From Octopus bimaculoides (taxonomy: Eukaryota): 49,654 nt of DNA. Positions within the stretch are counted from its first letter, which is position 1. Every line of letters starts with the position of its first letter. Where the stretch lies: assembly GCF_001194135.2 (NCBI RefSeq), contig NC_068981.1, positions 198,081,981-198,131,634 on the forward strand. Direction: 5' to 3'. The notes beneath the pieces were generated by a model. It worked only from the letters and a program-made list of their open reading frames with translations. It had not been told where the DNA came from and ran no database searches. Position numbers and translations under genes: made by a program. Below, in pieces: positions 24,748 through 37,233 of this stretch.

Positions 24748-25772
24748 ATAGCCTGGGCAAAGTTCAGAGAGCTCTTACCTCTGCTGGTGACAAAGGGCCT
24801 CTTGCTCAGAGTAAAAGGTAGACTATATGACACGTGTATAAACAGCCATGCTACATGGCAGTGTAACATGGGCCGTGACTGCTAAGGACATACGCAGGCT
24901 CGCAAGGAATGAAACCAATATGCTCCGATGGATGTGTAATGTCAGTGTGCATACTCGACAGGGTATAAGTACCTTGAAAGAAATGTTGAACCTAAGAAGC
25001 ATCAGTTGTGGTGTGCAAGAGAGACGATTGCACTGGTATGGACATGTGGCGAGAATGGATGAGGATAGCTGTGTGAAAAAATGTCACACTCTAGCAGTTG
25101 AGGGAACCTGTGGAATAGAAAGACCCAGGAAAACCTGGGATGAGGTGGTGAGGCACGACCTTCAAACATTGGGCCTCACCGAGGCAGTAACTTGTGATCG
25201 GGACCTTTGGAAATATGCAGTGCGTGAGAAGACTCAGGAAGCCAAGTGAGACCTAAATCCAAGGCCTATGCCAGGGGTGTAACCAGCCCACTTATGCGTA
25301 CCTTCTTTCACTGGACACTAAACTCTGCTTGTAAGACCTGTTGAGGCAAGTGAAATCGAAATCAAATCAAATTCGATGACTGACATCCGTGCCAGTGGAG
25401 CGCTAAGAGCACCATCCGAGCATGATTGTTGCCAGAGCAGCTAACTGACTTCCGTGCTGGTGGCACATAAAAAGCACCATTCGAGTGTGATCATTATCAG
25501 CGCCGCCTTACTGGCACTTGTGCTGGTAGCACGTAAAAAACACCATTTGAGCATGGCCGTTGCCAGTACCGCCTGACTGGCCCTCCTGCTGGTGGCATGT
25601 AAAAGCACCCACTACACTCTCGGAGTGGTTGGCGTTAGGAAGGGCATCCAGCTGTAGAAACTCTTCCAGATCAGTTTGGAGCCTGGTGCAGCCATCTGGT
25701 TCGCCAGTTTTTAGTCAAATCGTCCAACCCATGCTAGCATGGAAAACAGACGTTAAACAATGATGATGATGA
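24748..25772 (+). mobile_element. RTE LINE: ORF2 C-terminus (to 25249) with complete 3' UTR and (ATG)n tail
   Basis: AWAKFRELLPLLVTKG...MLHGSVTW...RRLHWYGHVARM...RPRKTWDEVVRHDL. This copy defines the source of the most abundant repeat in the window. Confidence 0.9.
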
Positions 25773-25862
25773 ATCATGATGAACAATTAATAGTAAAATT
25801 AATCCATTATTCTTATTGCAACAAGATCCATTTCCAGGTAGGAATAAGTAAATCTGACTTAC

Positions 25863-25947
25863 AGTTGGTTTCAGAATGGAAGAGATTTTGTTGAGACTTC
25901 GACTGAACTCTTTCATTAAACGCAGCAAAGAGATCTTCGCTAAATAG
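25863..25947 (-). CDS. Exon g: LFSEDLFAAFNERVQSKSQQNLFHSETN
   Basis: Acceptor tctttttattcacttttcag, donor AACT|GTAAGT, 85 nt, phase 0-1. Confidence 0.8.
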
Positions 25948-26097
25948 CTGAAAAGTGAATAAAAAGACATAGTTAATTAACCATTACAATATCTTGGTTG
26001 ATTAATTGTTAAAATATTTTAGTTAATTACACATTACATCGTTATCATTTTTATTATCTGGATATTATTAACAAATTTAACTATAGTAGTCCATTAA

Positions 26098-26318
26098 CCC
26101 TTTTGTTACCAACCCAGCTGAAACCAGCTCTGGCTCTGAGTATATAAGTCTTGTTTTCATAAGTTTTGAATGAAAATCTTCCACCAAACCTTAGTCACAA
26201 TTTATGTTCCTAACACTAGCTGAATGACAACTAAGTTATTTTACTAAATTCTTTGTTATATTTAGAATTAATTGAAAGAAACACAGAGCATATCTACAGA
26301 AATATGGTAACAAAAGGG
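26098..26318. mobile_element. piggyBac-type MITE, copy 1
   Basis: TTAA flanks on both sides; perfect 14-bp TIR CCCTTTTGTTACCA / TGGTAACAAAAGGG. Confidence 0.85.
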
Positions 26319-26349
26319 TTAAAATATATAATAGAGAAACAATTCTTAA

Positions 26350-26555
26350 CCGTTTTGATACCAACCTGGCTGAAACTGCCTCTGGCTCTGAGTACAAATG
26401 TCTTGTTTTCATAAGTTTTGAATTAAAATCTTCCACCAAACCTTAGTCACAATTTATGTTCCTAACACTAGCTTAAGGATAAGCTATTTTACTAAATTCT
26501 TTGTTATATGTAAAGTAACACAGAGCATCTCTCCAGAAATACAGTAACGAAAAGG
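26350..26555. mobile_element. piggyBac-type MITE, copy 2
   Basis: TTAA flanks, degenerate TIRs, internal sequence collinear with copy 1. Confidence 0.8.
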
Positions 26556-27584
26556 TTAAGCTAACATTGTTTTCTCACAGACATGAAGACGGTGATACAT
26601 ATAAAGCCATGCTTTTATCTGCTGCATTCTTTATACTGCAACCATTCTGCCAAGATTGCTTCAGTCTATCTGGTAGTTAGCATGTTCCACCCCTATTTCA
26701 CAGAAGAATGGTTAGAAGTGGTAAGGGCTGTAAGAGCAATGGTCATTTGATTTTCAAGAAACAGCAGCCAAGTCTTCCTCAAATTGTAACATACCATCTT
26801 CGAAACATTAGGTACATTAAATAATGCACTCCTAGATACATAATGTACATTATGTGGAATGGCACAATCGTTAGAGCACTGGACAAAATGCTTTGAGATA
26901 TTTGTTCCTTCTCTTGATACTCTGAGTTCAAATCCTGCCCTGGTCAACTTTGTACATTCCTTTGTGGTCAATGAAATAAAGTGCTGGCTGCCACAGAGGG
27001 TAGTGGAGCAGAACCTGCAGTGGTGGTCACCGAGGGGAGGCAAAGGAGCAGGGGTAGTAAATATCCTGTTTCATGTGGGGGGCATCTCTGAACCTCTTAC
27101 AACTAACCTCTGCCCCCCTCTCCCCACACTTTTGATAACTATTTAGTTGTGAAGTTGTTGCTTAGCCCCAGGTCAGACTTGATCAAAGACATTCCAGACT
27201 AGACCATCACCTTTTTTTTTTTAGGAGATACCTAGGAATACATTATCCAATGTGTCCTTCTTTTCCTCGAAACACTAAGATTGAGCTGCTATTTCTAGCA
27301 TATCACATGACCACATAGAAGATTCTTCCTTGACTTGGAGCAAGTAAATTAATATGTCATTTCCCCATGATGACAATGTTTGAACCAAAATTTGACCAAC
27401 AGCTCAGGACTGAATTTATCTTTCATATGATTCAGAGTTACTGGACTGTGGCCATGCTGGGGCACTACCCCAAAGGGATTGATCAAACAAACTGACACTA
27501 GTACTTATCTTTCAAACCTGTTACTTATTTTATCGGTCTCTTTTGCTGGACTGTTAAGTTATGAGGATGTAAACAAAGCAACAC

Positions 27585-29010
27585 ATCATCATCTGTTGTC
27601 CATGCTGGCATGGGTTGGACAGTTTAACCAGGGCTGGTAAGCTGGAAGGCTACACCAGGCTCCAGTCTGATCTGCTGTGGTTTCTACAGCTGGATGCCCT
27701 TCCTAACACCAACTACTCCGAGAGTGTAATAGGTGTCTTTACATGCCACCAGCATGGGTGCCATTTGCAGGACACCAGTATCTGCCATGATTGCAAATTT
27801 ACTTGGCTTGATAGGCCTTCATCTCAAGTATAACATAAAGCCAAAGGTCTCAGTCATTCATCATTACCTCCATGTGGCCGGCCCAATACTCGAAAGGTGC
27901 TTTTCACATGCTACTGGCATCAGTGACTTTGCCTCCATGAGGCCCAACACTCGAAACATGCTTTTTACGTGCTACCAGCACGGCTGCCAGTTATGTGACA
28001 CCAACATTGGCCATGACTACAATTTCAATTGATTTGCTGGGTCTTCTCAAGCACAGCATATCGCCAAAGGTCTTGGTCACTTGTCATTGCCTCCATGAGG
28101 CCCAACGTTCGAAGATCATGCTTCACCATCTCATCCCAAGTCTTCCTGTGTCTACCTCTATCACAGGTTCCTTCTACAGTTAGAGATCAGCACTTTTTTA
28201 CGCAGCTGTTCTTGTCCAAACGCATCACATGACCATACCAGTGCAGTCTTCTCTCTTCCTCACAACATCTGATGCCTCTTACGCCCAGCTTTTCTCTCAA
28301 GATGCTTACACTCTGTCATGCATGCACACTAACATTGAACAGCCAGTGAAGCATACTGGCTTCATTTCTTTCAAGCCTACGCATGTCCTCGGTTGTCACA
28401 GCCCATGTTTCACTGCCATGTAGCATAGGTGTTTACATACAATCTACCTTTCACTCTGAGGGAGACGCCTTTGTTGCCAGCAGAGTTAGGAGCTCTCTGA
28501 ACTTTGCCAGCCTATTTTTATTCTCATAGCTATGCTCTCAAGCATCCACCTCTGCTACTAGCCTGATCACCTAAAAAACAGATGCTATCAACTACCTCTA
28601 CCTTGACCTCACCCCCTGGCGTTTGATGGTGTCTATTTCCTGTATATTTTCAGTGTCTATTGTATCTGTGCACCTGCCACACACAGAAGCTGTTTTCCCT
28701 GTTAACCTTCCTTTGATATTGCTGCACATCTTATGTGTCCTTAGCTTACACCAGGTACATCTTATGGAGTTTCTACCTACATCTTTTCTACAGATCAAGC
28801 AGGGCCATCTACCTGAAGGGATTTGTGATTTGTCTGCCTTCCTACTTACTAAGACTTTGGTTTTTGCTAGGTTAACCCTAAGGCCTTCTCTATGTTGGGC
28901 AGTGATTCAGCTATAAAAACAAGGTCATCAGCATAGAGGAGCTCCCACAAGCAGCCTGTCTTAAATTCCTCTGTTATTGCCTGGAAGACTATGATGGATA
29001 AGAAGATCCT
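27585..29010 (-). mobile_element. 5'-truncated RTE LINE (RT end, PHD insert, UTR)
   Basis: ICRKDVGRNSIRCTWCKLRTHKMCSNIKGRLTGK plus the shared UTR. Confidence 0.85.
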
Positions 29011-29682
29011 TGGTGAACCCCTACCTCTACCAGGAATTCTTCACTATACTCAATGCCAACCTTCACCTTACTGACAGAATCCCTGTACAGGGCTTGTACA
29101 GCTCTCACCAACCACTCACCTATCCCTAGTTCCTGCATTGGCCACCAGATAAAGGATCGGGGACCCTGTAAAAGGCTTTCTCCAAGTCACCAAAAGCCAA
29201 GTACAGAGTGAGTTTCTTAACCAGACAACCATGCCTGGATTGTCCTGTTCCTTAAAATTACGGTCGTTGTAACTACAAAACAAAATGCAGAAAGTCTTCA
29301 ACTGAGATTTGTTAAATGTAAATTCCTTAAAATCATTATCAAAATCAAAAGCCGAGTCTTTTAAGGATTCTGTTACAGAACAGAAATGAACAACAAAAAA
29401 AAGAGATGAGAGTTTTCTTCCTTTACATTAGAGAACTCCTCACTTCCTTCAAAATGGATGTCAGCCAGGTTAGTACCATTCTTGTGATATCATATGTTTC
29501 GAGGCTGGCTGACTGATGCAGTTATCATCATTTAGCATCTCTTTTCCCATGCTGGCATGAGTTGGACAATTTGATAAGAACTGACAAGCCGGAGGGCTCT
29601 GCCAGGTTCTGCATCTGCTTTGGCGTCATTCTTACAGCAGTCCTGTACATTGTGTCTTAGAGGAAGTCAAAGAGTCTCTCAC

Positions 29683-29849
29683 CTGCTCTTGTTGATCATC
29701 TGCCTTTGACACATCCTCAGCGACAACGCTGTCCCAGTCACTTCCACCATCAAAACCGCTATTTCCAGTTGGTTTCTGATCGAAGGGAGTTGGTGCAGGG
29801 GCATCAATGAGATCGTCTGAATCACTCAGCCCCAATTCATCCATAAATG
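29683..29849 (-). CDS. Exon f: (A)FMDELGLSDSDDLIDAPAP...GSDWDSVVAEDVSKADDQQEQ
   Basis: Acceptor tgtgtttgcag, donor CAG|GTGAGA, 167 nt, phase 1-0. Confidence 0.85.
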
Positions 29850-31318
29850 CTGCAAACACAATTCAAAGAATTCCTTCAACATGTAAACCATTTTTTCAAT
29901 ACAGAAAACTGTGTTGTTGTTGTTAGGAAGCACTTCTCAACCATTAATTAACAATTTTAGAAGTCATTTCATAACAAATATTAGTTTCAAATATTGGCAC
30001 AAGGTCAGCAATTCCAAGGAAGGGGCTAAATTGGTCACATCAACCCCAGTATTCAACTGGTACTTCTTTCATCGACCTCAAAAGGATAAAAGGTAAAGTT
30101 GATCTCGACAAAATTTGAACTTAGAATGTAAAAATGACGAAATGCCGCTAAGCACTTCGTCTGGCATCCTAACAATTCTGCTAGCTCACTGCCTTCATTT
30201 CACAATAAATATTACAAACAAAAACAAAATGCTACAAAATAACATGACTGCTAATATTGAAGCCTGTTCCTTCATCGTGTGTGTGTGTGTATGTGTGTGT
30301 AGCTTCTCCATCCATCATCTTATGTACCCAGACACATCATCAATGATGTCTCCTGGTGTCATTAGGTGTTTTGAGTCTTTCAACATCAGACATCTTCACC
30401 CAAGTGACCCAGTTTGTGTCCACTTGTTAGCACTGCCCACTCCCAAGGCTCACACCTCCTGATCCACAGTCACCTGAAGCAACTTCCCTTTGCCCCTTTC
30501 TCTGGGATTTAGGACAGCTACTAAACATATGCTCCAGAGTTCTTCTCCTTGGGCACAGGGGGCCAGCTTTCCCCAGTAGAACAAGTTGGATGGGATCTTA
30601 CAACTGAGATGCTTTTTTCACATTAATCTATTTATATAATTACTGTATAATACCAAATATTATATTTACAGTATCACTATATTATAATTCTAGCACTATG
30701 TGCGTGTGTGTGTTAATATATTATATCTATAGCACTATGTGTGTGTGTGTTAATATATTATATCTATAGTACTATGTGTTTGTAGTGTAACATATAGCAT
30801 TATATATTTGTAATGCTACCATATTTACAGTTACTGTACATCCAGGTTCGACTGAAATTCTTCCAGTTCACCAATGTTGTCCAAGCATCTCAGCAAATTG
30901 GAAATTTCATCCTGATTTTCAGAAATCAGGGAAAATTTTCTTTTCCCTGATTTTCATCCTGGTTTAACAATAAAAGTCTAACTAGTTGGCCTTTAACCAG
31001 CTCATTATGAAATTATTTTAGTGTTTGTAGTATAGGGGAGATGTGTCTGAGTTTTCTGACCTTTTCTAAAGATGCACAAAGCAGGGAGGGGGAGAGGGTG
31101 CCGTATTTTTTTGCCATATTTTACAGCTCTACTCTTTATCTTTAAAACACCAAAAGCATGTGTACATTTATGAAGGATTACCCTTTTCTAACAAAAACTT
31201 TTGTGTGGCACATGATGGCAAATCAGATATTAATGACTGTTTACAGTTGTAAGGATACAAAACAAAGAGTCTTCTGGTAAATTCATCACAACTAGATACT
31301 TTTTTAAAAAGTTGGAAA

Positions 31319-31420
31319 TATTGGGTTGTTGCATAATTATTGCGGCTTTTTTTCAACAAATTTTATTCAACAAAAACAATAACAATATTTAACAAAAACA
31401 TCTTTAAATGAATATTCCGG
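31319..31420 (+). mobile_element. Mariner-like terminal inverted repeat remnant
   Basis: tattgggttgttgcataattattgcgg resembles the recalled mariner end TTAGGTTGGTGCAAAAGTAATTGCGG. No partner end found. Confidence 0.45.
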
Positions 31421-34400
31421 AGCCTGTTATTCTGCCATCCACCACAACAATGAGTATAATTCATTTTTAAAATGTAATTAGAGCAAAACAAAAAAATATT
31501 TGGTGATTAAAGTTGTAAAGTGTTGTTATAAAAATATGTTGAAAATGGTTGTGAAAAAAAAGGAGTCAGTAATAAAGTAAATTCGTTAAAAAGTAAAATT
31601 TTAAATTTGATCTAAATGAGGAAAAAAGCAGAGGAATTTGTTTAAAATAGAATAATGAGGAGGATAGTAATTAAGTAGGTTCATCAATGAAGTGTTAATA
31701 AAGAATAAAGATTGAAACAGGAAAAAGTTATAATTTGTTTCTAAAATAGAAAACTGAATTTTGTTGAAGCTGGACTAAAAAAGAAATAAAATTGTTAAAA
31801 ATGAAAGTAAGAATGGAAAACCATGCATTGTCACAGAAGCAGCTTCCTGAGTGAATGTTTGCTTCTAATTTGAAACAAAGAAATTCCATCTTTAATTCTT
31901 AAGACAAATTATGCATTCAGCTACAAACTTTTCAATAATAACACAAATAAACCTAGCTTTTGTATTCAATTAATATTTTCCATACAAGAAGACACCAAAG
32001 TTTTCTTCTTCTTCTTCTTCTCAATGTTTGTTTTCTAACATTAAAACGGATGTTAATTCCTCTTCTCTGTATTGTAATCAAGAGAAGAAATTATCAAAAG
32101 AAGAATCTCTTCTCGTACTTTAACTGACAATCTTAACTAAACTGAGATTTAAAGAGTAAATTTATTTCAATAAACTCAGAAATTTTCCATCCCAAGATAA
32201 ACATTTCCATTGTTCAAGTAGTTTTTGTAAAAATCCTTCAAAAAGAATTATCTAAAAGCCTTCAATGAACCTTGAGAGGAAGCCTGAAGGAAACAGCATT
32301 AAGCAAACTGATCAGATGTAGTGCCCCTGCATTCACTGGCAATGCCCCAGCATGGCCAAAGCCTTAGAGCTGAAACATATAAAAGAATACAGAGACTGGC
32401 AAAAATAATAAGAAGAAATCTCAGATTCACAGTTCCTGATAAATGTTTCAACAACAAAGTGAAACAAACAGTCTTTTTCAGTTCTTATCATGGTTTGAAC
32501 CAGTGAACTTTGTATGTTTGCTGTGGAAACAGCACTGAACATGAGGGGTTGGGGTTGCAGCATATCTTAGTCATATTGCCAGATTATGAAGACCAATGAT
32601 AAGGACACAGAAGTAACTCAAATAAGCAACCAGGACATTGTAGGTGTGTTCCATTTCCAAGACAGACAACATCCTCGAATCAGCCAACTTTCTGGGCTTA
32701 CCATTCTAATATCTTGTGTCTGAAACATGAAGGAAACGGTCGAAAAGAAGCATTCTTCATCGTCTTTGAGGAAGACCAAAGTGGTCAGTTGAAGCAATAC
32801 AATTTTCAGGAATCAGATGGAAGCTATTCTTAATGTCTAAACAACAATGTATCTCCCAGTTATGTTTCAGCGTTAATTCTTGAATCAAGTTCTTAACTAT
32901 GTTCTTACAGGATTATTGGCTGATTTCAGTTGGTTTTTACTCCCCAAATGTCAATATGGAGACAATGTGGAAGAATTCACTCAGAAAGCTGCAGCTTTTG
33001 ACAAATATTATGCAAATAACAAATAAAGAATTAGAGAAATTAGTTACCAGTTCCATTCTCATCTCCTGTTAATAAATAAATAATCATTATTTGTACACAA
33101 TCTTAAATAATATAACTATTCTAAATCATATCAAATGATTAACTTTTCGTTTGTCTACCTTAACGATTATATTTAGCAAACTGTTCTTTTAGAAAATACT
33201 TCATGCTTTAATGTTCCTGTACATCATTCTACCACATTTACATAAGTTCTCTAAGAATCAAACTCTTTGGCAGCATTATTGAAGAGTATCACTCTAAATC
33301 AGACCAGATAATGTATAAAAATGTTATGTTCCATGGGGCTTCCTCCTCTTCACCACCAAACAAAACAATTTTACGCACTGCATTCAGCTTTAAACGACAC
33401 ATTTCAGACATAAGTATCTGACCAGATAATCCTTTTGGAGATTTATACAAAATATCGAATTAGTATCACAGAGCCATTCCGGTTTATCCCTGTTGTCGTT
33501 GCTAGCAGGATTTTATGCCTGTTTTACCATTGTTGGCATCATAACTTGGACAAGTCTCTCACAACCACCTCTTTCTGCTCACCAAAAACCTTGATCATCT
33601 GACATATTCAGCAACAAGAAAACTATTAATCTTTGTGTTGTATGTTATGTTTATTGGAATGGTTTTTGTGGACAGATACTCATCTTATCACCATGGACTG
33701 AGGGCTTTATATATTATTACGTCCAAACACTAAAAGGGTTGTCTGCAACACAACTAGGCAATTGGTTCTATTCGAAGGCTGTGTTTTGTTTTTTTAAGAG
33801 GAACCATTCTCCTAAGCAGGTTGCTTGCACTGTTTTCTGTTTGTTTTTTATTTTATGATATAAAATAAACCTGATCAGAGCCAAATTGGATAAATTCTAG
33901 GCTCTTTGCTAATTAGCCATGGGTATTTTTGTAGCACCATCCAAATGTGGTCGATGCCAGTGCCCTTCGACTGGCTCCCGTGCCAGTGGCACATAAAAGC
34001 ACCATCCAAACATGGTCGGTGCCAAGGCTGCCTGACTGGCTCCTGTGCCAGTGGCACGTAAAAAGCACCCACAACACTCTCAGAGTGGCTGGTGTTAGGA
34101 AAGGCATCCAGCTGTAGAAACTTTTCCAGATCAGATTGGAGTTTGGTGCAGCTTCCTGGCTTGCCAGTCCCCAGTCAAACCATCCAACCCATGCCAGTAT
34201 GGAAAACAGATGTTAAATGATGATGATGATAATGATTTGACAGAATAATCTGAATGCTGAATGATTAAGCACATCATCACCATCATTTAACATCCATTGT
34301 CCATGCTGGCATGGGTAAGACGGTTTGACCAGAGGTGGCATGTTGGAAGGACTGTACCAGACTCGAGTCTGATTTGGCATGGTTTCCTACAGCTCCAAGA

Positions 34401-35542
34401 GTGTAATGGCTGCATTTGCATGCTACCAGCACAGGTACCAATTTGCATGACATCTGTATCTGCCACGACTGCCATTTTGCTCGGCTTGATGGGTCTTCTT
34501 CTCAAGCACGGTATAATGCCAAAGGTCTTGGTCATTGCCTCCGTGAGGCCCAACCCTTGAAAGGAACTCAGCTACTTTGCCTCTGTGAGGCTTATGCTAA
34601 TTAGAATCTCCAAAATTAAATTTGATATATTTTTTTTTTAAATTGATCCAATTAATTTTAACGTATTTTGGTAATTAATTTCTATTTCTAAAAGTAAATA
34701 AAACCAAAGAAATTCTGACCCCAAAAGTCTATGATTAAAGATTTTCTCTCTGTAACCAGACTTTATTCAGGTACAATGTACCTAGGAGTACATTATCCAA
34801 TGCATCCTTCCCTGCTATTTAATGTTAATATCTTTTAATTAATTAATTTTACTAAAGACAGATCAGAAGTGAAAGCAATTATTTAATGTGTTAGTACAGT
34901 GATAGAGTGCAATCATTTATATAGTCATTAGTGCAATTATTAGTATAGTTATAAGTGAAGTCATTAATTACATTCCATGATCAAATATATTTCTAATATT
35001 GGAGTTTGATGAAGTTATTGGATATTTCTTTCATAAGAAAATAAATAAAATAAAACTGAAAGTGTTTCATCCAAAAGAAACCCAAACCATCAGTATTCTG
35101 GAAGATGATGATGATGATGATGGTGGTAGTGTTAATAATGATGATGATAATGGTAGTGGTGATGATGATGATGATGATGATGATGGGAAGTATCCCTCTG
35201 TCCATTATTTTCTTTAAACTACAAAATTTATTCAGAATATGTTCCTCTGAAGCCTGGACCCTTTTCATATCAACACCACTACCACCCCACCCTCAAGATT
35301 AACACCCCACCACCCCACCCCTTGGTTCTATGACATAAATTTACTGCTTTGAAGTGATCTAAATTGAAACACTCCATCAGAATCTCATGCTAATTTATTT
35401 TTCAAAGCACCATGTTAATAACGCCAAAACTATTTTACAAAATTCTTCATTATTTTCAAAACCGGGAAACAAAACATTTCTGTAATACGGAAGAAGGAGA
35501 GAAAATGTCAATAAACACAACAAGAACATCTCTAAGCGTTAC

Positions 35543-35639
35543 CTCGTTGTTGTTCAAGAGTCAATTTTTTGGTTTTATTGACCGTGGCATAAATTGGTTC
35601 TGCAGTTCCTTCTTTGGCAGTGTTCAAGTTTTCAGAAGA
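35543..35639 (-). CDS. Exon e: SSENLNTAKEGTAEPIYATVNKTKKLTLEQQR
   Basis: Acceptor aactttctttgcag, donor CGAG|GTAACG, 97 nt, phase 0-1. It is not in the ORF track. Confidence 0.8.
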
Positions 35640-35725
35640 CTGCAAAGAAAGTTTTATTATCAAAAATCCTTGCATAATTAATTATCAAACTAATTATGTT
35701 ACTGATGAGAGACTTTAAATGTAGC

Positions 35726-36174
35726 TTGTAAATGTGAGGCCCAAAACACAGACCATGTACACCTCTTTCACTTGAACTCTCTCCTCTTATACTCAGAAAG
35801 CTTCTCTGTTTGTAGAAATATTCTTACTCAGGTGCTGTCCGCTAGTGTCCACTGGTTTCTTAGGTTGTTTTAGTCTTCATTTTGTTGTCAGAGATGGTGC
35901 CGGTCAAAGGAAATCTAGTTCTGGTCTAAGGTAATAACAGAGAGGAAGAAGGGTAATCGTTAAGTGCTAAACTACCTCCCCATAGAAAACGGGTTCAAAT
36001 CCTGATAAACACAACATACAGTCAATTTAGCTTCTCTTTGACAATTTTTTCTTATCATGAACTAAAGACATGTGATGGCATAGATCAGTGGTTGTGGACC
36101 CCAGGTGGTCTGTAAAGCTAGTACTGGGGNNNNNNNNNNNNNNNNNNNNNNNNNNNNNNNNNNNNNNNNNNNNN

Positions 36175-36217
<43 letters not shown>

Positions 36218-37099
36218 CATATATAAAAATTAATATTTCTAAATCTCTCTAAAGGAGACTACGGCAGAGGTACTGGATATTAATAGTTATCGCCAAGCTA
36301 ACATGGCAGTCCAGGAAAGGCCTCCAGACACTGGCGCTCAATGCAATACTGTGGTATGTTGGATCCTCTCAAACCATCCAACCCATGCCAGCAAGGAAAA
36401 CAGATGTTAAATGATGATGATGATGCTGTGCTTCTACTTCTAAGTTAAGTCTTGTATGTTTTGGGGGTTCCTGTTCCCTAGGAGATGAAACATTTTCTGG
36501 GTGTGGGTGGTGTATAGAAGAAGCAGCAATATAGGGGTTCTTTCTCTGTGCCAAAGAAGTCCCTATAAAGTACATGTTGCAATCGCTGGTAGTAGAAAAT
36601 TGAGGGGGTTGAATGTGGGAGATGTGAAGAGATGGGGTTGGAGTGGAATGTATGAAGCCTGAGTGTGTAATGATAAGCTGAATGGAAAGTCAGGGTGTAA
36701 ATGGGGTGAGGGTCGACTTGGCTACAAAAGACATCAACTGATGACGGAAGGAGAGACAACTGTACGGGTTTAGGACATGGAAGGAAGTGGTCGAGTTTGG
36801 GGGCAGTATGTGTCATACTACAGACCCTTTCAATAAGTGATGTTAATATGGGAAAACTAGAACTGCGGTCAATAATCAAGTGAGAATCGGCCAATTCCAC
36901 AGAACATGAATGAAGACTAAAACAACCTAAGAAACCAGTGGACACTAGCGGACAACTAGTGGACAGCACCTGAGTAAGAATATTTCTACAAACAGAGAAG
37001 CTTTCTGAGTATAAGAGGAGAGAGTTCAAGTGAAAGAGGAGACAGAAGGGAGTCATAACCTTCTCAAGACAGTCTGTGTTTTGGGCCTCACATTTACAA
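35726..37099. repeat. Inverted repeat pair: 35726-35881 and 36909-37099
   Basis: The reverse complement of 36909-37099 reproduces 35726-35881 almost exactly apart from two indels. Confidence 0.9.
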
Positions 37100-37233
37100 A
37101 ATAAGTGTTTAAATATATTACACAAATAAGAAAAAGATTTGTTTTTAAAATCAACAAACCTATTGATAAGAAGCCTATAAACATTTCTGAAAAAAGAAAA
37201 TATTTGATAAAATATATATCTAAAATGACTTAC

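Noticed and set aside
25380-25620. Repeat-spacer pattern resembling a CRISPR array
   Set aside because: The spacers are homologous to each other, the units lie in a LINE 3' UTR, the context is eukaryotic and no cas genes are present.
26581-26672. Plus-strand exon-like segment after ttttctcacag
   Set aside because: Weak donor, no partner exons and no recognisable product.
29200-29369. Possible extra exon (E)SLKDSAFDFDNDFKEFTFNKSQLK with a good acceptor
   Set aside because: It starts in phase 1 after a phase-0 donor, and I found no convincing donor; it could still be an alternative exon if RNA-seq supports it.
34999-35302. Poly-Asp, poly-Met and poly-Ile ORFs (also poly-His at 10450-10686)
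   Set aside because: They are translations of (GAT)n microsatellites with no compatible splice sites.
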